A stretch of DNA of 64,000 nt, from NCBI GenBank assembly GCA_051382295.1, contig JBBCAW010000022.1, positions 1,074 to 65,073 on the forward strand. Direction: 5' to 3'. The stretch is from Bdellovibrionota bacterium FG-1. GTDB taxonomy: Bacteria; Bdellovibrionota; UBA1018. The translations under genes were made by a program, and so were the position numbers. Numbering within the stretch: the stretch's first letter is position 1; the number at the start of each line of letters is the position of its first letter. Of the stretch, positions 37,348-46,738 are shown piece by piece. The notes beneath the pieces are model-generated. The model did no database searches and was not told where the DNA came from. It was given only the letters and a program-made list of their open reading frames with translations.

Positions 37348-38337
37348 TTAGAGACCTTCGCCCCGGCCCGACTTTACGGCACTCCTTACTTTTTTCAGCT
37401 CTCCCTGGAGCAACTCCGCCTCACTCCCTCGTCCACTCTCGGTGAGAACCTCGATCAGTCTTTCCAAAAGACTGTCTCGATCCTCCACTTCTGGAATGAG
37501 CAGCGCCCGGCGCAAAATGGACTCAGACCGATCCAATTGAGGGGTGATGGAACGTCCGCCCTCCTGATAACAATCGGACCAGTGAATCCAACCCCATCCC
37601 CATTTTGGGTGAGTCGAAACGACCCGCTCGAAAAGTTCGTCGGCCTTCTCTTTTTTTCCTAATTTGAAATAGGATTCTGCCATGGCCGCAGTAAAGCGCT
37701 CACTAAAATAGGGGTCATTAAACTGTTTGAGAAAATTTTCAGTAAAATGAATTCGCTCCTCAAAAAACCGAGGGTCATCGATCGCCGCGTTCAATAGCTC
37801 AAGTTCAAAATCCTGTGACCAATTAAACAAACTTTGAGTTCCGCAAAACAAATCATCCCATTGAGAGACCGTGGAAATCATTTTCCCCCGTGCAATCTTT
37901 AAAACTTGATTCCAAGTTTTGAGCCAAGCTTCGCAGGCACGAACCGAATCATTCTGCTCGAGCAACTCATAGCCCTGTTGCATGTGGTCGTCGATGGATT
38001 CAAAACTCGGCTGTTCAGGAAGCCACCGCTCCCAAAGGATGGTCAGGGCAATCCAGACCCAATCGACCTCCCGGGCTTCGGATTCGATTGAATATTGTTC
38101 CCAAAGCGATTCGGCCCAATCTTGGGCCGAAATAAACTCAGATGCCGCTTGAATGAAGGTTTCGCGGTTAAAGGAAATGCCCCAGTCTTTCAATTTTTCA
38201 AGAAGCTGCTCATCACTCAGTGCCCTTCCTTTCGAACGGGTCGGGCGGGTGCCTTGCCCAAGCTTCCCTTTTGGGTGTTTCTTGGATTCCTCTTCTATCA
38301 TCCGATCTATGGCCACAAATGAGAGATTCATCTTCAT
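37348..38337 (-). CDS. Hypothetical helical protein
   Basis: 329-aa ORF, Trp/Glu-rich helical repeats with a TPR-like tail. No motif recognised. Confidence 0.5.
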   Translation of the reverse strand: MKMNLSFVAIDRMIEEESKKHPKGKLGQGTRPTRSKGRALSDEQLLEKLKDWGISFNRETFIQAASEFISAQDWAESLWEQYSIESEAREVDWVWIALTILWERWLPEQPSFESIDDHMQQGYELLEQNDSVRACEAWLKTWNQVLKIARGKMISTVSQWDDLFCGTQSLFNWSQDFELELLNAAIDDPRFFEERIHFTENFLKQFNDPYFSERFTAAMAESYFKLGKKEKADELFERVVSTHPKWGWGWIHWSDCYQEGGRSITPQLDRSESILRRALLIPEVEDRDSLLERLIEVLTESGRGSEAELLQGELKKVRSAVKSGRGEGL

Positions 38338-38445
38338 CTCCTAGAAAAAGCAAGGTTACCATCTGGATCTCACTCCTTCAACAAGCGCATGGACTGAATC
38401 CGACGAACGGCACTCAGAGTAACCCAGGCCCTTCACCGCAAATTC

Positions 38446-38463
38446 AACACCGACGTCGGTGTC
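38446..38463. repeat. 18-bp palindrome family, copy d (AACACCGACGTCGGTGTC, 1 mismatch)
   Basis: Read directly from the sequence, 109 nt upstream of the start at 38337. Confidence 0.9.
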
Positions 38464-38573
38464 CTCAAGCGCCGCTCTGGGGCCCCAATTCATTGTCAAA
38501 AACATGACACCCCAACACCCCCTCAAATCCTCACGCCACCTACCGATAAGGTACTGGAAGGAGTTTATTCGTT

Positions 38574-39992
38574 TTGCAAAAACTCGGCAAAATCGCATTT
38601 GTGATCGACGAACGGCTCTCGCGCGACCGTCGTGGAATCCTCACGCGCCTCATCGCCTCCGTGCGCCACTTTGCCACAATTCAAATCCTCCATGGCGAGG
38701 TCGACGAAACTACCCTCTTACAAAAAATTCAGGCCGAACCCTTTCAGCTCGTACTGGCCCCCTGGTACCACTATCTGAGCTGGAGCAAAACCGAAGCCCA
38801 TTATGGCCGTACGCGCACCAGCGGGCCCACGTTTGCTGGCTATTTTTGCGAACCCATCCCCCCCCTGCAACTCGGGTCGCAAGCCGATCATCTTCGGGCC
38901 ATTCTTTTAGACTTTACCCATCTTCAGCCGTCCGAGTCCTGCAAACTGATTCGAAGCTTGCTCCATGATTCTCTTCGCACCGGAATCACGCCACTACTGG
39001 ATTCCAACGCCTCCGTCTATTGCGAAAACTGGATGAACCATCAAGGGCAAGGTCTACGTGTCGACCAAATACTGAAACTTCCCGAGATCAGCCAATTCGA
39101 ATGGACGGCCCGCGCTCCGGCGATTCGCGTGGTTTTAAGCGCGCTTTGGGGGCTCATTTACGAAGAAGGCCCCGGAAAAAGCGAATTCGCCCAAGCCATT
39201 TCGGGAGGTACTCGCCCACGGGCTTATTTTGAAATCGGATGCGATGCCCACACTCTGGTTTTTCGACTTTGGTATAGCATGCCGGGCTGGGGCCCAAAAA
39301 ACGCGCTGACTCAGTTTTGGCCTAACCCCGAAAAACCCACGGCCGCCCCTCAGTTTTTGCTCAAATTTGCCGACTTTTTACGGGTCCACACGATTGAGGG
39401 TACCGGGGATGTTGAAGTCGTTGTCGGTCTTTTCGCATCCCGCCCCTCCGAAAAAGCGCACTCGCAAATTCACAGTTTATGGATCGAGCCGATTGCCAGC
39501 CATCTGATTTCTGAAATCCCCTTTGAAGGTCCCAATCCCCGACAACCGTGGCTTAAAGCCCTGCCAGGAATCCCAGCAGGAGCCCAACAAGCAGGAAGCA
39601 AAAAGGAACAGGGGCAAGACCTTCTCCAGGCTAAAGACCGATTTATTGCGGAGGCCACTCAAAAAATTCGCAAGCTGCAACGCGAAATTGAGCAGCGTGA
39701 CGAACTCATTCGTGACCTCAAAACTGGAGGCGTAGGAACCGCAAAGGTGCTCCCCATACCGGATCCCGAGAGTCTTTTAGAAGCCTTTCAAGAAAGGTAT
39801 TTTGAGGCCGAAATGCAGCTCAAACAGTTTGAAATGCGGATTGCCGAAATCGAACAAAAAGGAGCGAGTGCCACTGAGATTCAAGCGCTGCAAGAAAAAA
39901 TGGCAACGCTTAGCGCGCGTCAGCAAGGTTGGATCAGACAACTCGCCAGCACGCTCCACATCCCGCGTAAAATTCGAAAGACGGGTGGGTGA
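38574..39992 (+). CDS. Hypothetical signalling protein: receiver-like N-terminus lacking the phospho-acceptor Asp, C-terminal coiled coil
   Basis: TTG start 10 nt after GGAAGGAG. IAFVIDE...FQLVLAPW resembles a REC domain with Ala at the Asp position. The C-terminal ~110 aa are heptad-like. Confidence 0.55.
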   Translation: MQKLGKIAFVIDERLSRDRRGILTRLIASVRHFATIQILHGEVDETTLLQKIQAEPFQLVLAPWYHYLSWSKTEAHYGRTRTSGPTFAGYFCEPIPPLQLGSQADHLRAILLDFTHLQPSESCKLIRSLLHDSLRTGITPLLDSNASVYCENWMNHQGQGLRVDQILKLPEISQFEWTARAPAIRVVLSALWGLIYEEGPGKSEFAQAISGGTRPRAYFEIGCDAHTLVFRLWYSMPGWGPKNALTQFWPNPEKPTAAPQFLLKFADFLRVHTIEGTGDVEVVVGLFASRPSEKAHSQIHSLWIEPIASHLISEIPFEGPNPRQPWLKALPGIPAGAQQAGSKKEQGQDLLQAKDRFIAEATQKIRKLQREIEQRDELIRDLKTGGVGTAKVLPIPDPESLLEAFQERYFEAEMQLKQFEMRIAEIEQKGASATEIQALQEKMATLSARQQGWIRQLASTLHIPRKIRKTGG

Positions 39993-39995
39993 CCC

Positions 39996-41120
39996 ATGCT
40001 TCGCTCCAAGCGCATTGAAGATTACATCGAGGCCCCCTTGGACACCTTCAAGCCGGACCAAAGCATTCCCGTGGATATTCACCTTTTTTTTGCGAGAAAT
40101 CGCTCAATTTTAATTTGGTGTAAAACTGGCGAAACCATTTCGTCGGACCAACTCGCTCAACAACATACGCGAGGAATTCATCGCGCCTGGATCCATCGCG
40201 ACGATATCATTGCCTGGCACCGGTATTTAGGGGCCGAATCCCATCCAGCGCGAGTACCCCCTACCCTCCGCACCGAGGAGGCAATCGCTCTTCAGGAGGT
40301 CTTGAGTCACCCCACACTCGAGGACCGCACCAAAAACGCACTGACTGCCTCTGCAGCCCGAGACGTACTGAACAGCTCCGCGACAGCAGAAACCGATCAG
40401 GGGGTCCTTTATGCGCGACTTTTCGTGCGCGACATTCTCGACATCGTACTCGACTCCGCCACCGAGCAAACTCGAAGTTTAACCAATGAGCTTTGGACTC
40501 TGGGGACAGCCCACCCCAAAATGGACCACGCGCTCAATGTCGCGACCTTTGCCGTCCTCTTTGCGATGGCCTCCGGCCGGAGCGACGAGCCCCTGCTCGT
40601 CGATGTCGCCCTCGCCTCGCTTCTGCATGACATTGGCTTGACTCAACTTTCGACCCAAATCACCACTCAACCTCAAACTCATCATCTTTACCAACATCGA
40701 CAAAAATACGCACTCCACGTCGATGAAGGGATCAGGCTCATCAACACCCATGTTCGAGGAATGCCGCCTCGAGTTAAATCTCTCATTTCTCAGCATCACG
40801 AAAAAGTGGATGGAACCGGCTACCCCCGATCCCTGGTCGATCGCCAGATCGATGAGACCGCACAATACTTAATCTTAGCGGATCTGCTCGAATCCGTGGC
40901 TTCAGGCCGATGGGATGGCACCATTCGCTCGCTGAAAGAAGCCCTGACCGCGATTGAGACGCTTCAAAGTGAACGCGCCGCACCCGAATATGTTCGCCCG
41001 GGATTGCTTTATGCCGTGACTCGCTGGATTCGTGATGGCCTCGGCGCAAAAAGCCCCCATGAAACCGCCCAACGACTCCGGAACCAGGCGGATGCTCTTT
41101 TGGCCAGACACGCTTCTTAA
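39996..41120 (+). CDS. HD-GYP domain phosphodiesterase-like protein
   Basis: LLHDIGL and HHEKVDGTGYP motifs. Starts 3 nt after the upstream gene. Confidence 0.9.
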   Translation: MLRSKRIEDYIEAPLDTFKPDQSIPVDIHLFFARNRSILIWCKTGETISSDQLAQQHTRGIHRAWIHRDDIIAWHRYLGAESHPARVPPTLRTEEAIALQEVLSHPTLEDRTKNALTASAARDVLNSSATAETDQGVLYARLFVRDILDIVLDSATEQTRSLTNELWTLGTAHPKMDHALNVATFAVLFAMASGRSDEPLLVDVALASLLHDIGLTQLSTQITTQPQTHHLYQHRQKYALHVDEGIRLINTHVRGMPPRVKSLISQHHEKVDGTGYPRSLVDRQIDETAQYLILADLLESVASGRWDGTIRSLKEALTAIETLQSERAAPEYVRPGLLYAVTRWIRDGLGAKSPHETAQRLRNQADALLARHAS

Positions 41121-41183
41121 CAAATTTGGATAAAGCGGGGTAAGTGTGGCGCTGGCCGCAAACTCGGGTTATGAACTCAATAT

Positions 41184-42791
41184 ATGAGCCAAATCAAAGG
41201 GCCTTTGTTGGGTGATGAAGCCGTTGCTCAAGCCGCCATTGACGCGGGGATTACCGCCGCGTACGCGTATCCGGGCACGCCTTCGACTGAAATTCTAGAA
41301 ACCTTGATTCATCACTTCGAAAAAACGGGCGCGCCCCGTGCCACTTGGTGTGCGAATGAGAAAACCGCCTACGAACAGGCGTTAGGAGTTTCGTTAGTCG
41401 GACGACGGGCCCTCGTTGCCATGAAACATGTTGGCTTGAATGTCGCGGCCGATGCGTTTGTGAACTCCGCTTTGGTCGATATCAATGGCGGCCTGGTCTT
41501 GGTGGTCGCCGACGATCCGGGGATGCACAGTTCGCAAAATGAACAGGACAGCCGCTATTTGGCGGATTTTGCCCATACTCTTTGTTTAGAACCGGCCGAT
41601 CAGCAACAAGCTTACGACATGACCCGCGAGGCCTTTGAGCTTTCCGAAAAATATCAAATCCCCGTGATGATTCGCCTCGTGACTCGCTTGGCGCACAGTC
41701 GCACGGACATTACGACTCAAGCTGAAAAGCCTCAAAATCCGCTCAAAAAGGTGCAAAATCCGGCTTCTTGGATTTTGGTACCCGCCAATGCCAAAAAACA
41801 ATGGCATAAGCTCGTCGAACTTCAACCCGAACTGCAAAACTACTCAGAGCAATGTCCTTATCAGCAGCTTAAACTGAGCGAGCAAGCCGGCGGCTTAGGC
41901 GTCATCACCACCGGAATGGCGCGAGGTTACTTTCTGGAAAATGCCCCTGAATTGGGAAGTTCTGTTTCCCATCTGCATATTGGCGCCTATCCCATGCCCG
42001 TGGGGCTGATTCGCAAGCTCGTACAGCATGTTTCCCGGGTCATTGTCTTAGAGGATGGCTTTCCTTATGTCGAAAGGCTCCTGCGAGGGATCATTCCACC
42101 CGCCATCGAAATTCACGGAAAGCTCTCGGGCCATGTGCCACTCGAGGGCGAACTCTCGCCCGATTCCATTCGTCCCGCCTTGGGCCTGAGACCTAGAACA
42201 GGACTCTCGCTCGAAGGTTTCAAGCTTTCCTCGCGCCCCCCGCAACTATGCGCTGGCTGTCCTCACGCAGACAGCTTTAATGGCCTCACGGAAGCCCTTC
42301 GGGAGTTCGGTGCCCATCGTTTAATCACTTCAGATATCGGCTGTTATGCCTTGGGTTCGACCCCGCCCCATTATACCGGCGAAACCTGTGTTTGCATGGG
42401 GGCCTCAGTGGGATTGGCCAAGGGAGCTGCGGATGCTGGGTTTTATCCGGTCGTTTCGTTGATTGGCGATAGCACATTTTTGCATTCGGGAATGACGCCG
42501 CTACTGGATGCAGTCGCGGCCAACAGCGACATGACCTTGATCATTTTAGACAATATGGCAATCGCCATGACCGGAGGACAGCCAGAGCTGGTTCCCTCTT
42601 CGCGCCTCAGAGAAATCGTGCTGGGCATTGGGGTGCCACCCGACCATGTTCACGTCGTCGATGCTAGCCGAAAAAACACGGCAGCCAATGCGGCCCTCGT
42701 CAAAAAGGAAGTCGCCCACCGAGGTCTATCCGTGATCATCGCCGTTCGAGAATGCATCGAAACGGCAAAACGCCATAAGGGAATATCATGA
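41184..42791 (+). CDS. iorA: Indolepyruvate:ferredoxin oxidoreductase subunit alpha (TPP-dependent)
   Basis: LLGDEAVAQAAIDAGITAAYAYPGTPSTEILE N-terminus, LCAGCPH motif and GDSTFLHSG TPP-binding motif. Confidence 0.9.
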   Translation: MSQIKGPLLGDEAVAQAAIDAGITAAYAYPGTPSTEILETLIHHFEKTGAPRATWCANEKTAYEQALGVSLVGRRALVAMKHVGLNVAADAFVNSALVDINGGLVLVVADDPGMHSSQNEQDSRYLADFAHTLCLEPADQQQAYDMTREAFELSEKYQIPVMIRLVTRLAHSRTDITTQAEKPQNPLKKVQNPASWILVPANAKKQWHKLVELQPELQNYSEQCPYQQLKLSEQAGGLGVITTGMARGYFLENAPELGSSVSHLHIGAYPMPVGLIRKLVQHVSRVIVLEDGFPYVERLLRGIIPPAIEIHGKLSGHVPLEGELSPDSIRPALGLRPRTGLSLEGFKLSSRPPQLCAGCPHADSFNGLTEALREFGAHRLITSDIGCYALGSTPPHYTGETCVCMGASVGLAKGAADAGFYPVVSLIGDSTFLHSGMTPLLDAVAANSDMTLIILDNMAIAMTGGQPELVPSSRLREIVLGIGVPPDHVHVVDASRKNTAANAALVKKEVAHRGLSVIIAVRECIETAKRHKGIS

Positions 42792-43369
42792 AACTCGACA
42801 TGATCTTTGCAGGAGTGGGGGGCCAAGGCGGCTTGTCCGCGTCGGCGATTATTGCGAATGCGGCCAAAGCAGAAGGATTTTTTGTCAAACAAACCGAAGT
42901 CCACGGAATGTCTCAAAGAGGAGGCGCGGTTCAGGCCAGTCTCCGAATTTCTGATCGTCCGGTCGAGAGCCCCATTATTCCACGAGGGACCGCCTCTTTG
43001 CTCATGAGCATGGAGCCCCTCGAAAGTCTGAGATACCTCGAATTTTTAGCCCCTAACGCCCGGATCTTTACCGCCACTTCGCCTGTCCGCAACATTTCAG
43101 ACTATCCCGATCTCGACCTACTTTTGGGCAAAATTCGCGAGATTCCAGGGTCAGTATTAATTGATGCGGACGGCCTGGCACGTGAAGCGGGTTCACTCCG
43201 CTCGGCCAATATCGCCGTTCTGGGCGCCCTCTCAACCGCGTTGCCTTTTCAGGCAAAGACCCTTGAACACGCCATCGAAACCCTGTTTACGCGAAAAGGG
43301 AAAGCGGTCGTCGAAACGAACCTCAAGGCTTTTCAGTTGGGCCGCTCTCTCGGAAGCGACCCGCAATGA
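42788..43369 (+). CDS. iorB: Indolepyruvate:ferredoxin oxidoreductase subunit beta
   Basis: MIFAGVGGQGGLSASAIIA...EVHGMSQRGGAV gamma-type domain. 4-nt overlaps on both sides. Confidence 0.9.
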   Translation: MKLDMIFAGVGGQGGLSASAIIANAAKAEGFFVKQTEVHGMSQRGGAVQASLRISDRPVESPIIPRGTASLLMSMEPLESLRYLEFLAPNARIFTATSPVRNISDYPDLDLLLGKIREIPGSVLIDADGLAREAGSLRSANIAVLGALSTALPFQAKTLEHAIETLFTRKGKAVVETNLKAFQLGRSLGSDPQ

Positions 43370-45582
43370 AGCCACACGAAGAAATCCTGCAAATCATTCA
43401 GAAGGCCCGAAACAGCGGGAGACAGGTCCTGCTCGAATCCGAAGGATTAAAACTTCTGGAGCTCATGGGGATTTCCATACCACCCCATCTTTTCGTTCAA
43501 AACAGCGCCGAATTTTCCAAAAAATCACGGCGTTTATCTAGCAACCGCGTCGTCCTCAAGGTCGTCGCTGAAAAAATTCTGCATAAGAGCGATGTGGGGG
43601 GCGTGGTCATTGTCGACAACGACGATGAGAACATCCTTGCAGCCCTCAGAGAAATGGAAAAAAAGTTTTCGGGCCAAGCCATCACCGGCTATTCGCTTCA
43701 CGAATTTGTCTCGCATGACGCCGAAATCGGGCATGAGCTCTTGGTCGGAATGCGCTGGACCCCAGATTTTGGCGCTCTGATCACCCTGAGCGCTGGGGGC
43801 ATTTACGCTGAATTTTTAGCAAAAAATTTTAGAGCCGGAAGCGAGGTCGCTGTTTTTACAGCGGACGGCAACGCGTCCGTGAACTCCAGCGCCGTTGCTC
43901 AGGCCCTATCGCCGTTAGCCATTACGCCGCTGCTTTTTGAAGGCTTTCGCGGGAAGAAAGCCATCACTACGCCAGCGGCGCTCAGCGAAATCATCGAAAA
44001 ACTTCAAAAACAGGCGAGCTTGCTTTTTCCTGACCATTTGGATGAGTTCGAGATCAATCCCTTAGTGATCAGCAAAACGGGGCAATGGACCGCCCTGGAT
44101 ATTTTGGTCAAACTTGCCGCCCAACCCCCGCGCCCGCTCAATGCCCCCCGCCCCATTCACAAGCTCAAAAACCTGCTTGAACCCCAATCCATCGCACTGA
44201 TCGGGGTCTCTGAAAAATCCATGAATCCGGGGCGCATCATTCTGAAAAATATTTTGCGAGCTGGTTTTGATCCAGCTCACATTCATCTCGTCAAACCCGG
44301 ACCCACGAGCCAAATTGAAAATTGCAGAACAGTGGCAAACCTCGACGCCCTACCTGGGCGGGTAGACCTTCTGGTCCTCGCTATTTCTGCCGAACAGGCC
44401 CCGCAACTGATTGCCGAAGCCGTCGAGAAACGAAAGGCCGAGAGCATCATTTTAATTCCAGGTGGCCTGGAAGAAAAAACGGGATCAGAAGTATTGGTGG
44501 CCCGCATGCGTGAATCCATTCAAATCGCTCGCAACAGCGACTGGCAGGGGCCTGTGATCAATGGCGGAAACTGTCTCGGGGTTCGATCGGCCCCCGGGCG
44601 TTTCAACACCCTTTTTATTCCTGAAGCAAAACTCCCCACGCCTACTTCGGCCGTGGCCCCGGTCGCCATTCTTTCGCAAAGCGGCGCCTTTGCGATCTCT
44701 CGCCTCAACTCACTAGCGACACTCAACCCCAAATACCTCATCACCGTCGGCAACCAAACAGACCTGACGCTCGGTGATTATTTAGAGTACCTTGAAAAGG
44801 ATTCTGAAATTCGAGTGTTTAGTGTCTACGCCGAAGGGTTTCAGCCTCTGGATGGAGCCCGCTTTTTAAACGCGGCTCGAAAGATCGTCCAAAGTGGTCG
44901 CACTGTTATTTTATACCGCGCCGGCCGCACACCGGCGGGAGCATCAGCCTCGGCCAGTCACACCGCTGCGATCGCAAGCGATTATGCCTTGACTCGAAGT
45001 TTATGCCATTCCACGGGCGTGATTTTGGCGGATACCTTAGCGGACTTTGAAGACCTCACGCGACTTCACTACCTCCTAGGCCAAAAACGTTTTTTAACAA
45101 AAAAAATCGCGGTCCTTTCAAACGCGGGTTTTGAATGCGTGGCCGCCGCTGATCGTCTCGGCCATTTTGAGCTTTCGCCCTTTGCGGCTCAAACTACGGA
45201 AAAACTACAAGGCCTTTTAAAAAAAGCGGGAATTAATCGAATCGTCGATGTTCACAACCCCCTCGACCTCACACCCATGTGCGCCGATGAGGCGTTTGAA
45301 CAGGCAATCCACATAGTGCTAGACGATCCGGGCGTGGCCGCCGCCGTCATCGGCTGTGTGCCGCTGACCCCCGCCCTAAAAACGCTTTTCCCCGAGGTTC
45401 AAGAGCTGGATTCTTTCGCCCAGCGTTTAGTCGGATTAGCCACCAGATCCCCTAAACCCTTCATCGCTGTCGTTGAAGGCGGCCACCTTTATGAGCCCAT
45501 GATCAAGATCTTGGATCAGGGAGGGGTTCTGGTCACGCGAACCATGGACCGCGCTCTTTTTCTCCTCAATCAACTCGTCTGA
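43366..45582 (+). CDS. ADP-forming acyl-CoA synthetase (acetate--CoA ligase family; ATP-grasp N-terminal, CoA-binding/ligase C-terminal)
   Basis: 738 aa. ATP-grasp-like VLKVVAEKILHKSDVGGV, then SIALIGVSEK, GGNCLG and ASHTAA phospho-His-loop-like motif. Confidence 0.8.
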   Translation: MKPHEEILQIIQKARNSGRQVLLESEGLKLLELMGISIPPHLFVQNSAEFSKKSRRLSSNRVVLKVVAEKILHKSDVGGVVIVDNDDENILAALREMEKKFSGQAITGYSLHEFVSHDAEIGHELLVGMRWTPDFGALITLSAGGIYAEFLAKNFRAGSEVAVFTADGNASVNSSAVAQALSPLAITPLLFEGFRGKKAITTPAALSEIIEKLQKQASLLFPDHLDEFEINPLVISKTGQWTALDILVKLAAQPPRPLNAPRPIHKLKNLLEPQSIALIGVSEKSMNPGRIILKNILRAGFDPAHIHLVKPGPTSQIENCRTVANLDALPGRVDLLVLAISAEQAPQLIAEAVEKRKAESIILIPGGLEEKTGSEVLVARMRESIQIARNSDWQGPVINGGNCLGVRSAPGRFNTLFIPEAKLPTPTSAVAPVAILSQSGAFAISRLNSLATLNPKYLITVGNQTDLTLGDYLEYLEKDSEIRVFSVYAEGFQPLDGARFLNAARKIVQSGRTVILYRAGRTPAGASASASHTAAIASDYALTRSLCHSTGVILADTLADFEDLTRLHYLLGQKRFLTKKIAVLSNAGFECVAAADRLGHFELSPFAAQTTEKLQGLLKKAGINRIVDVHNPLDLTPMCADEAFEQAIHIVLDDPGVAAAVIGCVPLTPALKTLFPEVQELDSFAQRLVGLATRSPKPFIAVVEGGHLYEPMIKILDQGGVLVTRTMDRALFLLNQLV

Positions 45583-45604
45583 GTATTATTAGGAAATAGG
45601 ATCT

Positions 45605-46738
45605 ATGACCCAAACCAAAAATCCCCGTCCCTGGATGCCCCAAGTTGCACCCCATATTGCGTCGCTCACCCCCTATTCTCCAGGCAAACCCATTGAGGAA
45701 ACGGAGCGAGAATATGGAATCTCTGGTGTGGTTAAACTCGCCAGCAACGAAAACCCGCTCGGCCCCTCTCCCAAAGCGGTGGCGGCCCTTCGCGCATTGG
45801 AGCCTTCCCTTCATCTTTATCCGGACGGCAGTCACTTCCATCTCAAAAAAGTCCTTTCAGAACGCCTCGATTGCTTGCCTTCTGAGCTCGCGATAGGGTG
45901 CGGCTCGAACGAATTGATTGATTTACTGACTCGCGTTTTTGTTCCAATCGGAAAACAACTCGTTACCCACAAAACTGCTTTTGTGGTCTACCGGCTTTGT
46001 GGCCACCTCAATGGTGCTGAAGTGATCGAGGTGCCCATCGATTCAAATCTCAACGTCAGTGTGCAAAGTCTTTTGGATGCCGTCACGCCCAACACCCAAG
46101 TCGTCATGATTGCCAACCCAAACAATCCCACCGGTACCTTTTTAAATGCGGAGCAAATCGACCATTTAGCCCGCGAGCTCAACCGCAAAGAAGTATTATT
46201 AGTCTTGGATTATGCCTACTGGGAATATGTAACCGATCGCTCGATTCCCGACCCCATGACCGTTTTCAAGAGACATCGGAATGTTTTAATTTTACGCACT
46301 TTCTCCAAGGTCTACGGAATCGCAGGCGTTCGAGTCGGTTATCTCGTAGGGGATGCCCCTCTCATTGAACTGATCGAGCGCGCCCGCCAGCCGTTTAATG
46401 TCACCGCGAGTGGGCTGGTGGCAGCTCAGGCGGCCCTCGATGATGACGAATTCGTACATCGCTCGATCGCTCTCAACGAAGCGAGCAAAACGCAGCTCAC
46501 GACCGAACTCGCTCATTATGACGTCCGTGTCTACCCCAGTCAGGGTAATTTTTTGCTGGTCGACTTTAAGCGCTCCAGCCAGCAGCTCTATCCTGAGTTT
46601 CTTAAACGTGGTGTGATCATCCGACCCGTAGCCATCTATGGACTTCCCACTCATTTGCGAATTACCGCGGGACTTCCCGCAGAAAATGCGAAGCTCTTCC
46701 AAGCCTTGAGCGAAATTCTAACTCGCCACCCCGGCTAA
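45605..46738 (+). CDS. hisC: Histidinol-phosphate/aromatic aminotransferase (class II PLP aminotransferase)
   Basis: LASNENPLGPSP, NPNNPTG and RTFSKVYGIAGVRVGY motifs. Confidence 0.85.
   Translation: MTQTKNPRPWMPQVAPHIASLTPYSPGKPIEETEREYGISGVVKLASNENPLGPSPKAVAALRALEPSLHLYPDGSHFHLKKVLSERLDCLPSELAIGCGSNELIDLLTRVFVPIGKQLVTHKTAFVVYRLCGHLNGAEVIEVPIDSNLNVSVQSLLDAVTPNTQVVMIANPNNPTGTFLNAEQIDHLARELNRKEVLLVLDYAYWEYVTDRSIPDPMTVFKRHRNVLILRTFSKVYGIAGVRVGYLVGDAPLIELIERARQPFNVTASGLVAAQAALDDDEFVHRSIALNEASKTQLTTELAHYDVRVYPSQGNFLLVDFKRSSQQLYPEFLKRGVIIRPVAIYGLPTHLRITAGLPAENAKLFQALSEILTRHPG

Noticed and set aside
21861-38463. Interpreting the four palindromes as integron attC sites with the blocks as gene cassettes.
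   Set aside because: No integrase or attI is present in the window. The flanks lack the R''/R' RYYYAAC / GTTRRRY cores. The bracketed units hold 3-4 genes each, and the two blocks are in opposite orientations. This differs from a cassette array, so I kept it as an unexplained repeat family instead.
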